Origin: an uncultured Verrucomicrobiae bacterium
GTDB taxonomy: Bacteria; Verrucomicrobiota; Verrucomicrobiia; Limisphaerales; Palsa-1400
Reading direction: 5' to 3'
DNA length: 64,000 nucleotides
NCBI GenBank assembly: GCA_963764165.1
Contig: CAVXRD010000001.1
Location: 256,001 to 320,000 of the forward strand
A program made the translations under genes and the position numbers. This document shows, one piece after another, positions 54,026 to 63,043 of this stretch. Every line of letters starts with the position of its first letter. The first letter of the stretch is position 1. The notes below the pieces were generated by a model. It saw nothing but the letters and a program-made list of their open reading frames with translations, searched no databases and was not told the DNA's origin.

Positions 54026-54053
54026 AAGTTAGTGCATACTAACTTCTTGTCAA
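54026..54053 (-). promoter_or_regulatory. -35 TTGACA followed by a 20-bp palindromic operator
   Basis: AAGTTAGT-gcat-ACTAACTT at 54026-54045; TTGACA on the minus strand at 54048-54053. Confidence 0.7.
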
Positions 54054-54340
54054 CCTGCAAACTCGGGCCCGAAGAATCCGACCGCGAGATTTGACTCGCA
54101 AAGTGCCGCGCGCTCTCTTCAAAAACAGGTGCGATTTACCGCAATTTGGTGCGACTAGCTGCGAATGGGTGAAACTGGTTGCCACAAAGTGCGGGACTCG
54201 CCTGCATCGATGCGCGTTGGCACTGGCGGCGATCAGCCGAGAGCAAGGCGGATTCGGAGTGATGTCAGGCGACCGCAGCGAGATGATTACCCCGACACAT
54301 CCCACTGCGGATCCCAGTCCTCAGTCCTATCACACATGTT

Positions 54341-54413
54341 CGTCTGCAATGAGCGCACTTTGGCACACCCGCGGCGAAACAGAAAACCTACCAGAGGTTT
54401 TTCGGCACGATTT
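54341..54413 (-). promoter_or_regulatory. Shared upstream motif, copy A
   Basis: Collinear with 58412-58483; contains AAAACCT-N5-AGGTTTT. Confidence 0.6.
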
Positions 54414-54711
54414 ATTGGAAAAAAATTCAAAATTCGGAGGAATCTCACAATTTTGAGCATTATGAGACAGGCAGGGGCGGTTTTTTGCAGGGCAGGTTTC
54501 CAAACCTGCCAGAATCGCGGATTTGCAAATCAGCTTGCCCATTGCATTTTGCGGCAGGCAGGTTTGGACGCCCGCGATCCAGCGGCGCATTCCAGTTATT
54601 GGCCAATTGGGAAATGAAGAACGCGAAGCATGCCGAGCTTTTGCAGAAGTCCGCCCTCACAAAAACTGAGATGCGCCCGATCCAGCTGACGCGGAGGTTT
54701 GCGCCAGACAA

Positions 54712-55812
54712 TTATTTGGCTTCAGCTCCCACTGCCTGTTTCAATTGCTGAAAACCGTGCTGATCAAGCTTTTGCCGCAAGCCCTTCACAATTTCTTTAA
54801 CAACCGTCGGCCCCCGGTAAATCAAGCTCGTGTAAATTTGGAGCAGCGCAGCCCCGGCGGTGATTTTTTCCCACGCATCGTTCGCGTCGAAAATGCCGCC
54901 CACGCCGATGATGGGCCAGGCGCCCCTGCTCTGCCGGTAAAGATGCCGGATGACTTCCGTGCTTCGCTCGCGCAGCGGCCGGCCGCTCAGTCCGCCCGCT
55001 TTTGAATACACGTCCCGCACATCAGCGTTCGCTGCCTCGGGGCGCGTGATGGTGGTGTTGGTGGCGACAAATCCGGCCAGGCGGCGAGGGCCGGCCAACT
55101 CAAGAATTTCATCGAGCGCTTGAAACGAAAGATCGGGCGCGACCTTCACCAAAATCGGGATGGAAACCGCGCCCGTGTTGTTCTCTTGCAGCGCCGCGAG
55201 AATCTCATCCAGCGCCGCCTTGTCCTGGAGCTGCCGCAAATTCGGCGTGTTCGGAGAACTGACGTTGACCACACAAAAATCGACGTGCGAACGGAGCGTG
55301 CGAAACGTGCTGGCGTAATCCTCGGCGGCGATCTCCAGCGGAGTCACTTTGGATTTCCCGATATTGACGCCGACGGGATGATGGGGCCACCTGCCCTCTT
55401 GTTTCCAGCGCGCCAGTGCTCCCGCAAAAACCGCCGCGCCGGGATTGTTGAATCCCATGCTGTTGACAACGGCTTCCTCCGAAACGGAGCGAAAAACGCG
55501 CGGGAGCGGATTCCCCGGCTGCGCGCGCCAAGTGACGCCGCCCAATTCGCTGAACCCAAATCCCATCGCGCACCAGGCCGGAACCGCTTCGGCCCATTTG
55601 TCCATTCCGGCAGCGAGGCCAATGGGATTGGGGAATTGCAAGCCGAAGGCTTCCACGGGAAGTTCGGGCGCCCCGCAAAAAGCGCGCGCAAGTTCCAGCA
55701 GCGGCTCGTGGCGGCTGGCCCGCCCGAGCATCTTCAACGTGAAATCATGAATATGCTCCGCTTCCTGCCGGAACAGCACGGGTCGAACAATGCGGCGATA
55801 AAGCCAGCTCAC
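54712..55812 (-). CDS. pyrD: Quinone-dependent dihydroorotate dehydrogenase
   Basis: GLAAGMDK, MGFNN, NVSSPNTP, TNTT and GGLSG. Confidence 0.96.
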   Translation of the reverse strand: MSWLYRRIVRPVLFRQEAEHIHDFTLKMLGRASRHEPLLELARAFCGAPELPVEAFGLQFPNPIGLAAGMDKWAEAVPAWCAMGFGFSELGGVTWRAQPGNPLPRVFRSVSEEAVVNSMGFNNPGAAVFAGALARWKQEGRWPHHPVGVNIGKSKVTPLEIAAEDYASTFRTLRSHVDFCVVNVSSPNTPNLRQLQDKAALDEILAALQENNTGAVSIPILVKVAPDLSFQALDEILELAGPRRLAGFVATNTTITRPEAANADVRDVYSKAGGLSGRPLRERSTEVIRHLYRQSRGAWPIIGVGGIFDANDAWEKITAGAALLQIYTSLIYRGPTVVKEIVKGLRQKLDQHGFQQLKQAVGAEAK

Positions 55813-55823
55813 AGTCTGCGCCG

Positions 55824-57836
55824 TCAGCGCCTGGCGGCAGCAGCTCGGGCGGAAACCCGGCCAGCCTGCTGGCGCACCGCGCCCGGCAGCATATTACGAT
55901 ATGTGGCCAGCGCCAGAAGGGGCCAGCTATTTCGGTACATGTCGTACTTCAGGTAAAACACGCGAGGGAATCCCGTCCCGGTGGCCTCGGCTTCGCTCCA
56001 CGAGCCGTCCGCGTTGTGAGTGCGAATCAAATACTCAATCCCGTTCTGCAGCGCGGCAGAACTGGGATCCTCGAACGCGCAAAGCCCCATGACCGCCCAC
56101 GCCGTTTGCGAGGCAGTGCTCGGCCCCTGCCCTTTGAACACCGGATCATCGTAGGTATTGCAGCGCTCGCCCCAGCCGCCGTCCTCGTGCTGGACGCTTT
56201 CCAGCCAGACGCGGGCGCGCTGAACCCAATCCTGCTTCATGTCGATGCCCAGGGCGCGCAGGCCGCGCAGCACCTGCCACGTGCCATAAATATAATTGAC
56301 ACCCCAGCGGCCATACCACGAGCCGTCCGCTTCCTGATGCTCGCGGATGAATTGCATGGCCTCCTGAATCTGTGGATTCTCCAGCGGGAAATTTTCGTAG
56401 CCCAGCAATTCCAAAATGCGCGCCGTGATGTCGGCGCATTCGGGATCGAGCATCGCGTTATGATCCGCGAAGGGAACTTTTTCGAGAATGCTCTTGGTGC
56501 AATCCTTGTCAAACGAAGCCCAGCCGCCGTCCTTGCATTGGAACGTCAGCGTCCAATTCAATCCGCGTTCGAACGCCGCATCGCGGCGGGCGGGATTGCT
56601 GGTCGGGATTTTCCGCAGGGCCAGCAGCACCATGGCGGTATCGTCGACGTCCGGATTCCACTTGTTGTTGAATTCAAATACCCAGCCGCTCGGCTCCACG
56701 TCCGCGGTATTCTTATATTTCCAATCGCCGCGGAAACGCACTTCGCGGTCAATCAGCCAATCGCACGCCTTTACCAGCGCGGGATGATCGCTGGGCAAAC
56801 CGGATTCGTGCAGCGCGATGGACACGATGGCCGTATCCCAAACCGGCGACGTGCAAGGCTCGATGCGCACCGTGTGCTCCGTCTCGTGCTGGAGCGCCTT
56901 CAAATCCGCGCGGCACTTCTGGACGTGGACATTATCGTCGGGATAGCCAAGAGCTTTAAGGACGATAAGCGAATTCAACACACCCGGAAAAATCGCAGCC
57001 AGTCCGTCCGTGCCCTCCATGCGTTCCATCATCCATTGCTCCGCCTTTTTCAAGGCGCGCTTGCGGAACGGGTGAATTCCGAAGCGGGCAAAGTGCTCGG
57101 CGAACTTATGCAGCGAATCCAGCCGCAGGAACAAATTGCGCCAGGTGAAAAACTCGGGATCGCGCGGCAGCATCAAATCGCGCTCGTGAAATCCCAGCGG
57201 GTAAAGTTCGCTGAGGTCCGAATTCCGACCGAGGTGGCGGGTCGGTTTGAGGTGGTTGAGAATCGCCAGCGGCACCAGCATCGAGCGGCTCCACGAACTC
57301 ATGTCGTAGAAATGCACGCCGAACCATTTGCCCAGCAGGATGATTTCGCACGGAATGGTGGGCAGATATTCCCACGGGAAAAGACCAAGCAGAGCGAGAT
57401 AAAGCTTGGAGAACGTATTGAGCCGCGGAATTCCGCCCATGCTCAAAGCAGTTTGGCGAGCGCGCAGCATGCGCGGATCGGTGGACGGCACGCCGGCCAG
57501 TTTCAGCGCGAGATAGGCCTTGATGGTGGCGTTCACTTCCGCCGGGCCGCCGGGATAGATGCTCCATCCGCCAGTGGGCATTTGGAGACTGAAGAGTTGG
57601 TTGACCGCTTTTCGCTCCCATTTTTCATCCACCGACCTGTCCCAATGGTGAAACGCGAGCGTGTCCGCCACCAGCGTGCAATCGACGATGAGTTCGCCGA
57701 CCCAATAACCTTCCGGCTTTTGTTCGCCCAGAAGGTAATCTTGAGACCGCTTAATGGCGGAGTCCAACTCAGGCAAGGTGAAAGATTCAAGATCGGAGGC
57801 GCGAAAAACGCCATTCACCTGCTCATTTTCAGACAT
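55824..57836 (-). CDS. shc: Squalene-hopene cyclase
   Basis: PDVDDTA (DXDD), QW-type repeats, WYGRWGVNY and TGTGFP. Confidence 0.96.
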   Translation of the reverse strand: MSENEQVNGVFRASDLESFTLPELDSAIKRSQDYLLGEQKPEGYWVGELIVDCTLVADTLAFHHWDRSVDEKWERKAVNQLFSLQMPTGGWSIYPGGPAEVNATIKAYLALKLAGVPSTDPRMLRARQTALSMGGIPRLNTFSKLYLALLGLFPWEYLPTIPCEIILLGKWFGVHFYDMSSWSRSMLVPLAILNHLKPTRHLGRNSDLSELYPLGFHERDLMLPRDPEFFTWRNLFLRLDSLHKFAEHFARFGIHPFRKRALKKAEQWMMERMEGTDGLAAIFPGVLNSLIVLKALGYPDDNVHVQKCRADLKALQHETEHTVRIEPCTSPVWDTAIVSIALHESGLPSDHPALVKACDWLIDREVRFRGDWKYKNTADVEPSGWVFEFNNKWNPDVDDTAMVLLALRKIPTSNPARRDAAFERGLNWTLTFQCKDGGWASFDKDCTKSILEKVPFADHNAMLDPECADITARILELLGYENFPLENPQIQEAMQFIREHQEADGSWYGRWGVNYIYGTWQVLRGLRALGIDMKQDWVQRARVWLESVQHEDGGWGERCNTYDDPVFKGQGPSTASQTAWAVMGLCAFEDPSSAALQNGIEYLIRTHNADGSWSEAEATGTGFPRVFYLKYDMYRNSWPLLALATYRNMLPGAVRQQAGRVSARAAAARR

Positions 57837-58411
57837 GATTGTCTTCACATTCGGTAATACGGGACAGTACCACAATTCTTGCAGACATCGCAGTGCAATT
57901 TGCGAGGTGCTCGAAAGCACGCCAAAACTGTGCAGCCATTGCGCACTTCTGTAAAGCTCAATTTCACCCAAACCTTTGCCGAGTTTTGCGAAACCGTCAA
58001 CATATTGTGGGTTCCGCAGGCGCTCGCACAATCCCTTGGGGGGCATGGCGCAGGGCTTTCCAAACTTGGAGGGTGCAATTTGGGCGCTGAAAAACCGTAG
58101 GTGCAACAGGGTGCAATAGGGTGCAACGCTTCTTTCCGGCGAGATGCGGTTAAGGGCAACTCCGCAGATGGCGTCGGCCTTATTTCATCCGGCTGAAATC
58201 GTTGAAGAACCCGCGCGGGAACAATGCAGAGGGTATGGGGACCGCACGCGCCTCGCGTGCAGTGTTCCGCGCCCTCGCGGAACACATTCGATGTCTGAAT
58301 CGATTGGTTGAACGAATTCGCCAGTGGCGGCTGGCAAGGCGCCAGTCGTCCATACCCAAGGGCGGGTGTGCTCCCCGTGAAATGAACTGCCTCGTTCCGC
58401 CTATGACCGTG

Positions 58412-58483
58412 CGTCTGCACGGACGCACTCTGCCACGTCTGGAGCTGGATGGAAAACCTACGGGAGGTTTTGCGGCACGATTT
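58412..58483 (-). promoter_or_regulatory. Shared upstream motif, copy B
   Basis: Collinear with 54341-54413. Confidence 0.6.
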
Positions 58484-58508
58484 TTGTAGAAAAACGCGGA
58501 AAAAATTG

Positions 58509-58939
58509 AATCTGGAACTCATGAAATCAGGAAAAGTGGCGTCTGGAACGATGCGAGCGGATTTGGGAGCGCGACTGTCCCGGCTGCCCTGGCGGGTGTC
58601 CCCAAGAGTTCTCGATGAAACGCGGGCGTGAAACGGGGAGAATTATTGGGCGGCGACGCAGAGATTGTCTCAAAACTACAAAATCCTCAAAGTGTGTCAA
58701 TACTACCAATCTCTCATTTTCGATATGGCGCATTTTTATTTTCGGTGAGGGTGTTTTGGTGGTGCTTTTTAAAGCCGTTTTTGAGTTTTGAGACAGACTC
58801 CGCAGCACCGCCCTACCTCAATTTGGTAGGGCGGACCTGTGTGTCCGCCCACATTTCCGCCAATTCAACCGCACAGTTCCAATCGCGCCCCGCCGAACAA
58901 GCCAGAATCCTCCATTCCTGATTTCGTGAGTTCCAGATT
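58509..58939. repeat. ATCAGGAA-family inverted repeat enclosing a REP and a MITE
   Basis: 25-bp arms 58509-58533 and 58915-58939 with one mismatch. Confidence 0.8.
58661..58800. mobile_element. 140-bp MITE, copy 2
   Basis: Same ends as copy 1, 4 substitutions by my comparison, 4-bp duplication CGCA. Confidence 0.9.
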
Positions 58940-58946
58940 AAATAAC

Positions 58947-59186
58947 ATATAATCTCGAAAAACCCGCTACACCCGCTACATCGTTGATTATCAACCAGAT
59001 AAACCGCTACATTTGCCGCTACAGGGCCGCTACAAACCCGCTACATTTTCTTCCGGGCGAGGCAGTCCAGCCTCAACAAATTGTAGGCCGGGTCGCCCGA
59101 CCGGGCTTCCAGAGGAATCGCAGAGACAGCGGCAGATGGAGTCCAGCGTCGAACCATTTGCGAAAAACAAAAAGTGCAAAAAGTGA
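58947..59186 (+). repeat. About 240-bp composite repeat (phased-hexamer element plus downstream module)
   Basis: Direct repeat of 59915-60150. Confidence 0.85.
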
Positions 59187-59225
59187 CGCCTGTCTTGGTT
59201 TCCCGGAGGGCGACCGACAGATTGC

Positions 59226-59313
59226 TCAAAGCGGTAGAAATTCAACACAATTAGCCATTTCCTCGGCGGAACTGGCCTCGCTGATGATTTCAAGAATAGA
59301 ATGAAAGCGACAT
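59226..59313 (-). pseudogene. DUF5615 PIN-like toxin remnant
   Basis: MSLSFY start then out-of-frame LEIISEASSAEEMANCVEFLPL*, directly downstream of DUF433. Confidence 0.6.
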
Positions 59314-59326
59314 CGCGGCCGGAGCT

Positions 59327-59635
59327 TCATCGCTTCAGACGCGAAGCAACAACTCGATGGCGAGGCTCGGCATGCATCCTGATCGCTTCTTCTTCAGTGG
59401 CAGCGATCTTGCGATCCAATTTCTCGCGATGGTCCGCATAGTAAGCCAACGCGGCATAGACTTCACCCAATGTTAGCTGGGGGTGGTTCAACGCCAACTC
59501 CTCCGCGCTCCATCCGTAGGCGACATGCTCGCGAATCAGATGAATCACTTTAAACTTTTTGCCCGCAATCAATGGCCGCTCTGGATTGGAGCAATCCAGA
59601 TGTTCGTAAGCGTGCGTCGTCACTGACATAGCCAA
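59327..59635 (-). CDS. DUF433 family antitoxin
   Basis: RPLIAG, GWSAEELA..HPQLTLGEVYAALAYY. Confidence 0.9.
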   Translation of the reverse strand: MAMSVTTHAYEHLDCSNPERPLIAGKKFKVIHLIREHVAYGWSAEELALNHPQLTLGEVYAALAYYADHREKLDRKIAATEEEAIRMHAEPRHRVVASRLKR

Positions 59636-59914
59636 AGTTTAGCATAGGCAAAGCGGCGGGCAAGCCCTCTTAAAACACGCTCGGGCATCTGCTGCCGGTT
59701 CACCCTGACCCCAAAAAGCGCAAAAAGTGAGGCCGCCTGCCCCATGTCAGAATTTCCCTCTTCCTTGCGCAAGGTCGCAAGGATTTGGCCGACTGATTCA
59801 GCAAGGCCCGCCGCGTGAGGGCACGCGGCCTACAGGGACGCGCTCGATTCCGAATTGTAGGCCGGGTACCCTTACCCGGCGGTCGGGTGGTGATCGAAAA
59901 ACCATTGAATATGA

Positions 59915-60150
59915 ATATAATCTCAAAAAACCCGCTACACCCGCTACATCGTTGATTATCAACCAGATAAACCGCTACATGGGGCGCTACAAAGCCGCTA
60001 CACACCCGCTACATTCCGGGCGAGGGAGTCCAGCTTCAACAAATTGTCCAAGTCCCCCACCGGCGCCTAGAGGGATCGCAGAGTCATCGGCGGATGGAGT
60101 CACATGTCGAACCATTTGCGAATAACAAAAAGTGCAGAAAGTGAGGACTG
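59915..60150 (+). repeat. About 240-bp composite repeat, second copy
   Basis: Direct repeat of 58947-59186. Confidence 0.85.
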
Positions 60151-60268
60151 ACGCCTGCGCTAGTATGCGCTCATGTTGGTCGGTTCAAAAATATGTGATT
60201 ATGTTGGGCGATGCCCTAATGGATGATCCCTCTAGGACCGACGCCGGCATAGCAGGTATCGCATATGC

Positions 60269-60916
60269 TTATTTCGGATCGTCAAACGGGTCCGGCTTGC
60301 TGATGGATCCGCCCGCAAGCTTGGTCGCGTGCTTCAGCGCATTAACCATTCGCTTTGCTTTCTGTTCATCAGTCACACGAAATGAAAATCCAGGGAGGTT
60401 ATCTATATAGTTCGTCTTCTTCACCAAGAGATCTAGGGATGACGGGTGCGACGGTGAATACGATTTAGAAATCCCGCCGACGTTGCTTTTCAATTTCTCA
60501 TCGCCATGCGTTTTGCCTGATACATTCCACGCGCCAGGTGAATTTGTATCCTGACTGAAATTAATGGTTTCTGCGTCAATTTTCCTAAACTCAATGCGCG
60601 TCGTTGAAATATTAGTAGCGAAAACACAGATCGTGTCTCCAATTACGGTAGTTTCGCTATTCACAGTCAACTCAATGGCCGGATCAAGAGGCTTGTGGGC
60701 CATGGAATAAACATAGGAAAAGGTTCGAACTCCCCCTGGATCAATGGGTGAAAGCGAAATGGAAAATTTAATGTTTTCGTTTGCGCGGGAAACGATGTAA
60801 TTTATCGTGCTATCGAGATCGTTAGTAAATGAATCGTCCGCCATCGCAGGGAAGCAAACCAAGGCAAAAACGATCAAATAAATCTTGCTAAAAGGCAATT
60901 CATTGAGCATGCGCAT
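60269..60916 (-). CDS. Secreted hypothetical protein
   Basis: Signal peptide ending PAMA; AKRMVNALKHA...DPF tail; start uncertain. Confidence 0.65.
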   Translation of the reverse strand: MRMLNELPFSKIYLIVFALVCFPAMADDSFTNDLDSTINYIVSRANENIKFSISLSPIDPGGVRTFSYVYSMAHKPLDPAIELTVNSETTVIGDTICVFATNISTTRIEFRKIDAETINFSQDTNSPGAWNVSGKTHGDEKLKSNVGGISKSYSPSHPSSLDLLVKKTNYIDNLPGFSFRVTDEQKAKRMVNALKHATKLAGGSISKPDPFDDPK

Positions 60917-62036
60917 AAAATAAAATGTAAACCTTGTTTCCCTGATCACGGTCGTAAGGGAGCCAAGAAAAGGATATCTTAACTTTAACCTTCCTTGTTA
61001 CATCTATGCTTCTTAGTTTGACCGACGAACAGGACGTGCTGCAACTCCCTAAATAACGGGGGATAGCACTCTCTTCCTCGACGCTAATGCTGGAAAATCC
61101 AGAAGTATTCCTTGATGAGGCGGCAAAAAGTGTAATGTCCGAACCTGGCGGAAGCTCAATGCTGAATTCCTTTTCACTGCGATCAATAACAGTGGCAAAT
61201 TGGCGATAGTGGGACGCATCGCTGAAATCCAGAGACCGATCACTATAGCTAGTCTCGGCCGAGTTCTTGAGCAGATCTCGCAGCCGCGTGCGAGCAGTTT
61301 CAAGTGCGGTGTCGGTTGATGCCGCCCCGTTCCCGGCTTGACCGGTCTTCCACAAATCAATTTGGGCTTGCGCGGAATTTAATTCACGCGTAATGGCATC
61401 GAATTCCCTGTCAAGTTGCGGAAGCATTGTATCTCCCCATGTTTGCAACGACTCTCGCAGCTTTGCCGTTCGCTCCATTGCCTCGTGGAGGTTTTTCAAA
61501 AATTCTTGGGCGGCGGACCTGCTGGTCGGATTTTCTTTCTCAATTTCATCTCCCAAAATCGAGGCTGCGTTGTTATACGACCCGAATATCTCGGACGCCT
61601 GGGAGGCAAGTTCCTGTAATTTCTTTGCCCCATCTAGAAATCCGCCGGATGGAGAAGACTCTCGGCGGATGATTGCAATTGGCCCTAGGTAATTTTCGAA
61701 GGTAAAGCGATCATCGCGTGTGTGAAAAAAGCGATTAAACCGGCGCTCGAAATCCTGGTTCAGCTTCAACTGCCTCGTTACCGAATCGACAGTCTTTCCA
61801 GTAATGAGCCCCCATCGTGACGCAGCAGCTCCGGTCGGGACGCCGCTTGGATAAAGCCAAATCTCCCATTCATCGACTTGCTCGTTTCTGGGATCACCTT
61901 GAATTATACTGGGCGTCGAGCGCCCATCGGATCGATAATAGGGATCAGCAGCACTTTGCTCAATGAAGATGAAGCCAGTCAACGCAGTCACGAGCAGCAA
62001 ATTGACTCGGCTTGCCACAGAAAGACGTTGAGGCAT
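60900..62036 (-). CDS. Secreted hypothetical protein with coiled coil
   Basis: Signal-like N-terminus from MPQRL (the ORF extends to 62300), central heptad region and beta-rich C-terminus. Confidence 0.65.
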   Translation of the reverse strand: MPQRLSVASRVNLLLVTALTGFIFIEQSAADPYYRSDGRSTPSIIQGDPRNEQVDEWEIWLYPSGVPTGAAASRWGLITGKTVDSVTRQLKLNQDFERRFNRFFHTRDDRFTFENYLGPIAIIRRESSPSGGFLDGAKKLQELASQASEIFGSYNNAASILGDEIEKENPTSRSAAQEFLKNLHEAMERTAKLRESLQTWGDTMLPQLDREFDAITRELNSAQAQIDLWKTGQAGNGAASTDTALETARTRLRDLLKNSAETSYSDRSLDFSDASHYRQFATVIDRSEKEFSIELPPGSDITLFAASSRNTSGFSSISVEEESAIPRYLGSCSTSCSSVKLRSIDVTRKVKVKISFSWLPYDRDQGNKVYILFYAHAQ

Positions 62037-62424
62037 CAAGGCTTTCTTGGGAATCTCGACGACCCTCTCCGCTGCGACCGTAACATCAAAATCAGAGGAT
62101 AGACTCAAAACGGCTCTGTCTTTTTGGCCAATACAATAGCGCGCCGGAATCAGCCGAATGCGCTTTTTTCCGGAATCCAATGAATCCGACATCAACATCC
62201 TTCTTGCGAGGCGTACTAAAAATACTGACATGCTATGCTCGCAAATGGATTGTTTCACGATGCAGTCGAATATACAGTGTGGTGGTTTCGAGGAAAGCAT
62301 TAAGGTAAAGGCGGCAAAAATATAAGCGGGGCTGATAAAGCGATTGCGCGGGCATTAGTTTCAGTTTATCGCTCTTAAATAACCTTAAAAATCGCGCAAG
62401 AGTTCGCATGTCCGGGTCCAGTGT

Positions 62425-62526
62425 CCTAATTTTTTGCGCTTATTTTTTTCGCAAATGGTTCGACTTGACTCCATCTGCCGCTGACTCTGCGATTCCTCTG
62501 GACGCCGGGTCGGGGACCCAGCCTAG
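62425..62526 (-). repeat. Inverted copy of the downstream module of the composite repeat
   Basis: Reverse complement matches 59082-59186 (ccagaggaatcgcagag.cagcggcagatggagtc...gtcgaaccatttgcgaaaa). Confidence 0.85.
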
Positions 62527-62902
62527 TGCGCTTGAGAAGGAGCGTGCATAGGAGGGTGGAAGTCCCTCTGTGGCGGTGCTTCCCGCCACGAGTTGAAAGT
62601 AACTGCGTTCTGGCGACAGGGCGTGGAGAGCAACTGGAAACGAAAGGACAGTCCGTAGAACTGCGGGCCGCAAGGCCCGTCGCAAGTGTCATCGCAAGTG
62701 TCAATCGCAAGTGTCAGTCCTCACTTTTTGCACTTTTTGCTTTCCTGCTTTTAGGCGAAAAAGGGGTCAGACCAACAGGCGAAAAAGGGGTCAAAAAGGG
62801 GTCAGACCAACATAATTACATATTATTCTTCCACCACGAACGACGTCCGCAACAATCCAGGGCACGCGGCCTACTGAAACACCGCCAATTCAGCATTCCC
62901 AA

Positions 62903-63004
62903 GGCAGGGACGCCTCGCGGAGGTGTCCGGTTGCGAGCGATTAATTGCACGGATTGCGCATGAAGAGAGCCTCACTCCGGACGCCTCGGCGAGGCGTCCC
63001 TGCC
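62903..63004. repeat. GCAG variant of the REP doublet
   Basis: ggcagggacgcctcgcgg ... ggacgcctcggcgaggcgtccctgcc. Confidence 0.8.
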
Positions 63005-63043
63005 TGCCGCTTCGCGGCACAGCGACAGACTTGGAAGTCTGCG

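Noticed and set aside
54060..54340. Mg2+ riboswitch or leader peptide for the RND-mgtA operon
   Set aside because: Could not match M-box or MgtL features by eye; an Rfam/Infernal search would be needed.
57998..58010. NrdR-box-like CCACAATATGTTG upstream of shc
   Set aside because: One good match only, and no ribonucleotide reductase gene nearby.
58984..58994. FNR box in TTGATTATCAA
   Set aside because: FNR needs TTGAT-N4-ATCAA; the spacer here is 1 bp and the site is part of a larger repeat.
58947..60150. CRISPR array
   Set aside because: No run of identical 25-40-bp repeats with unique spacers, and no cas genes.
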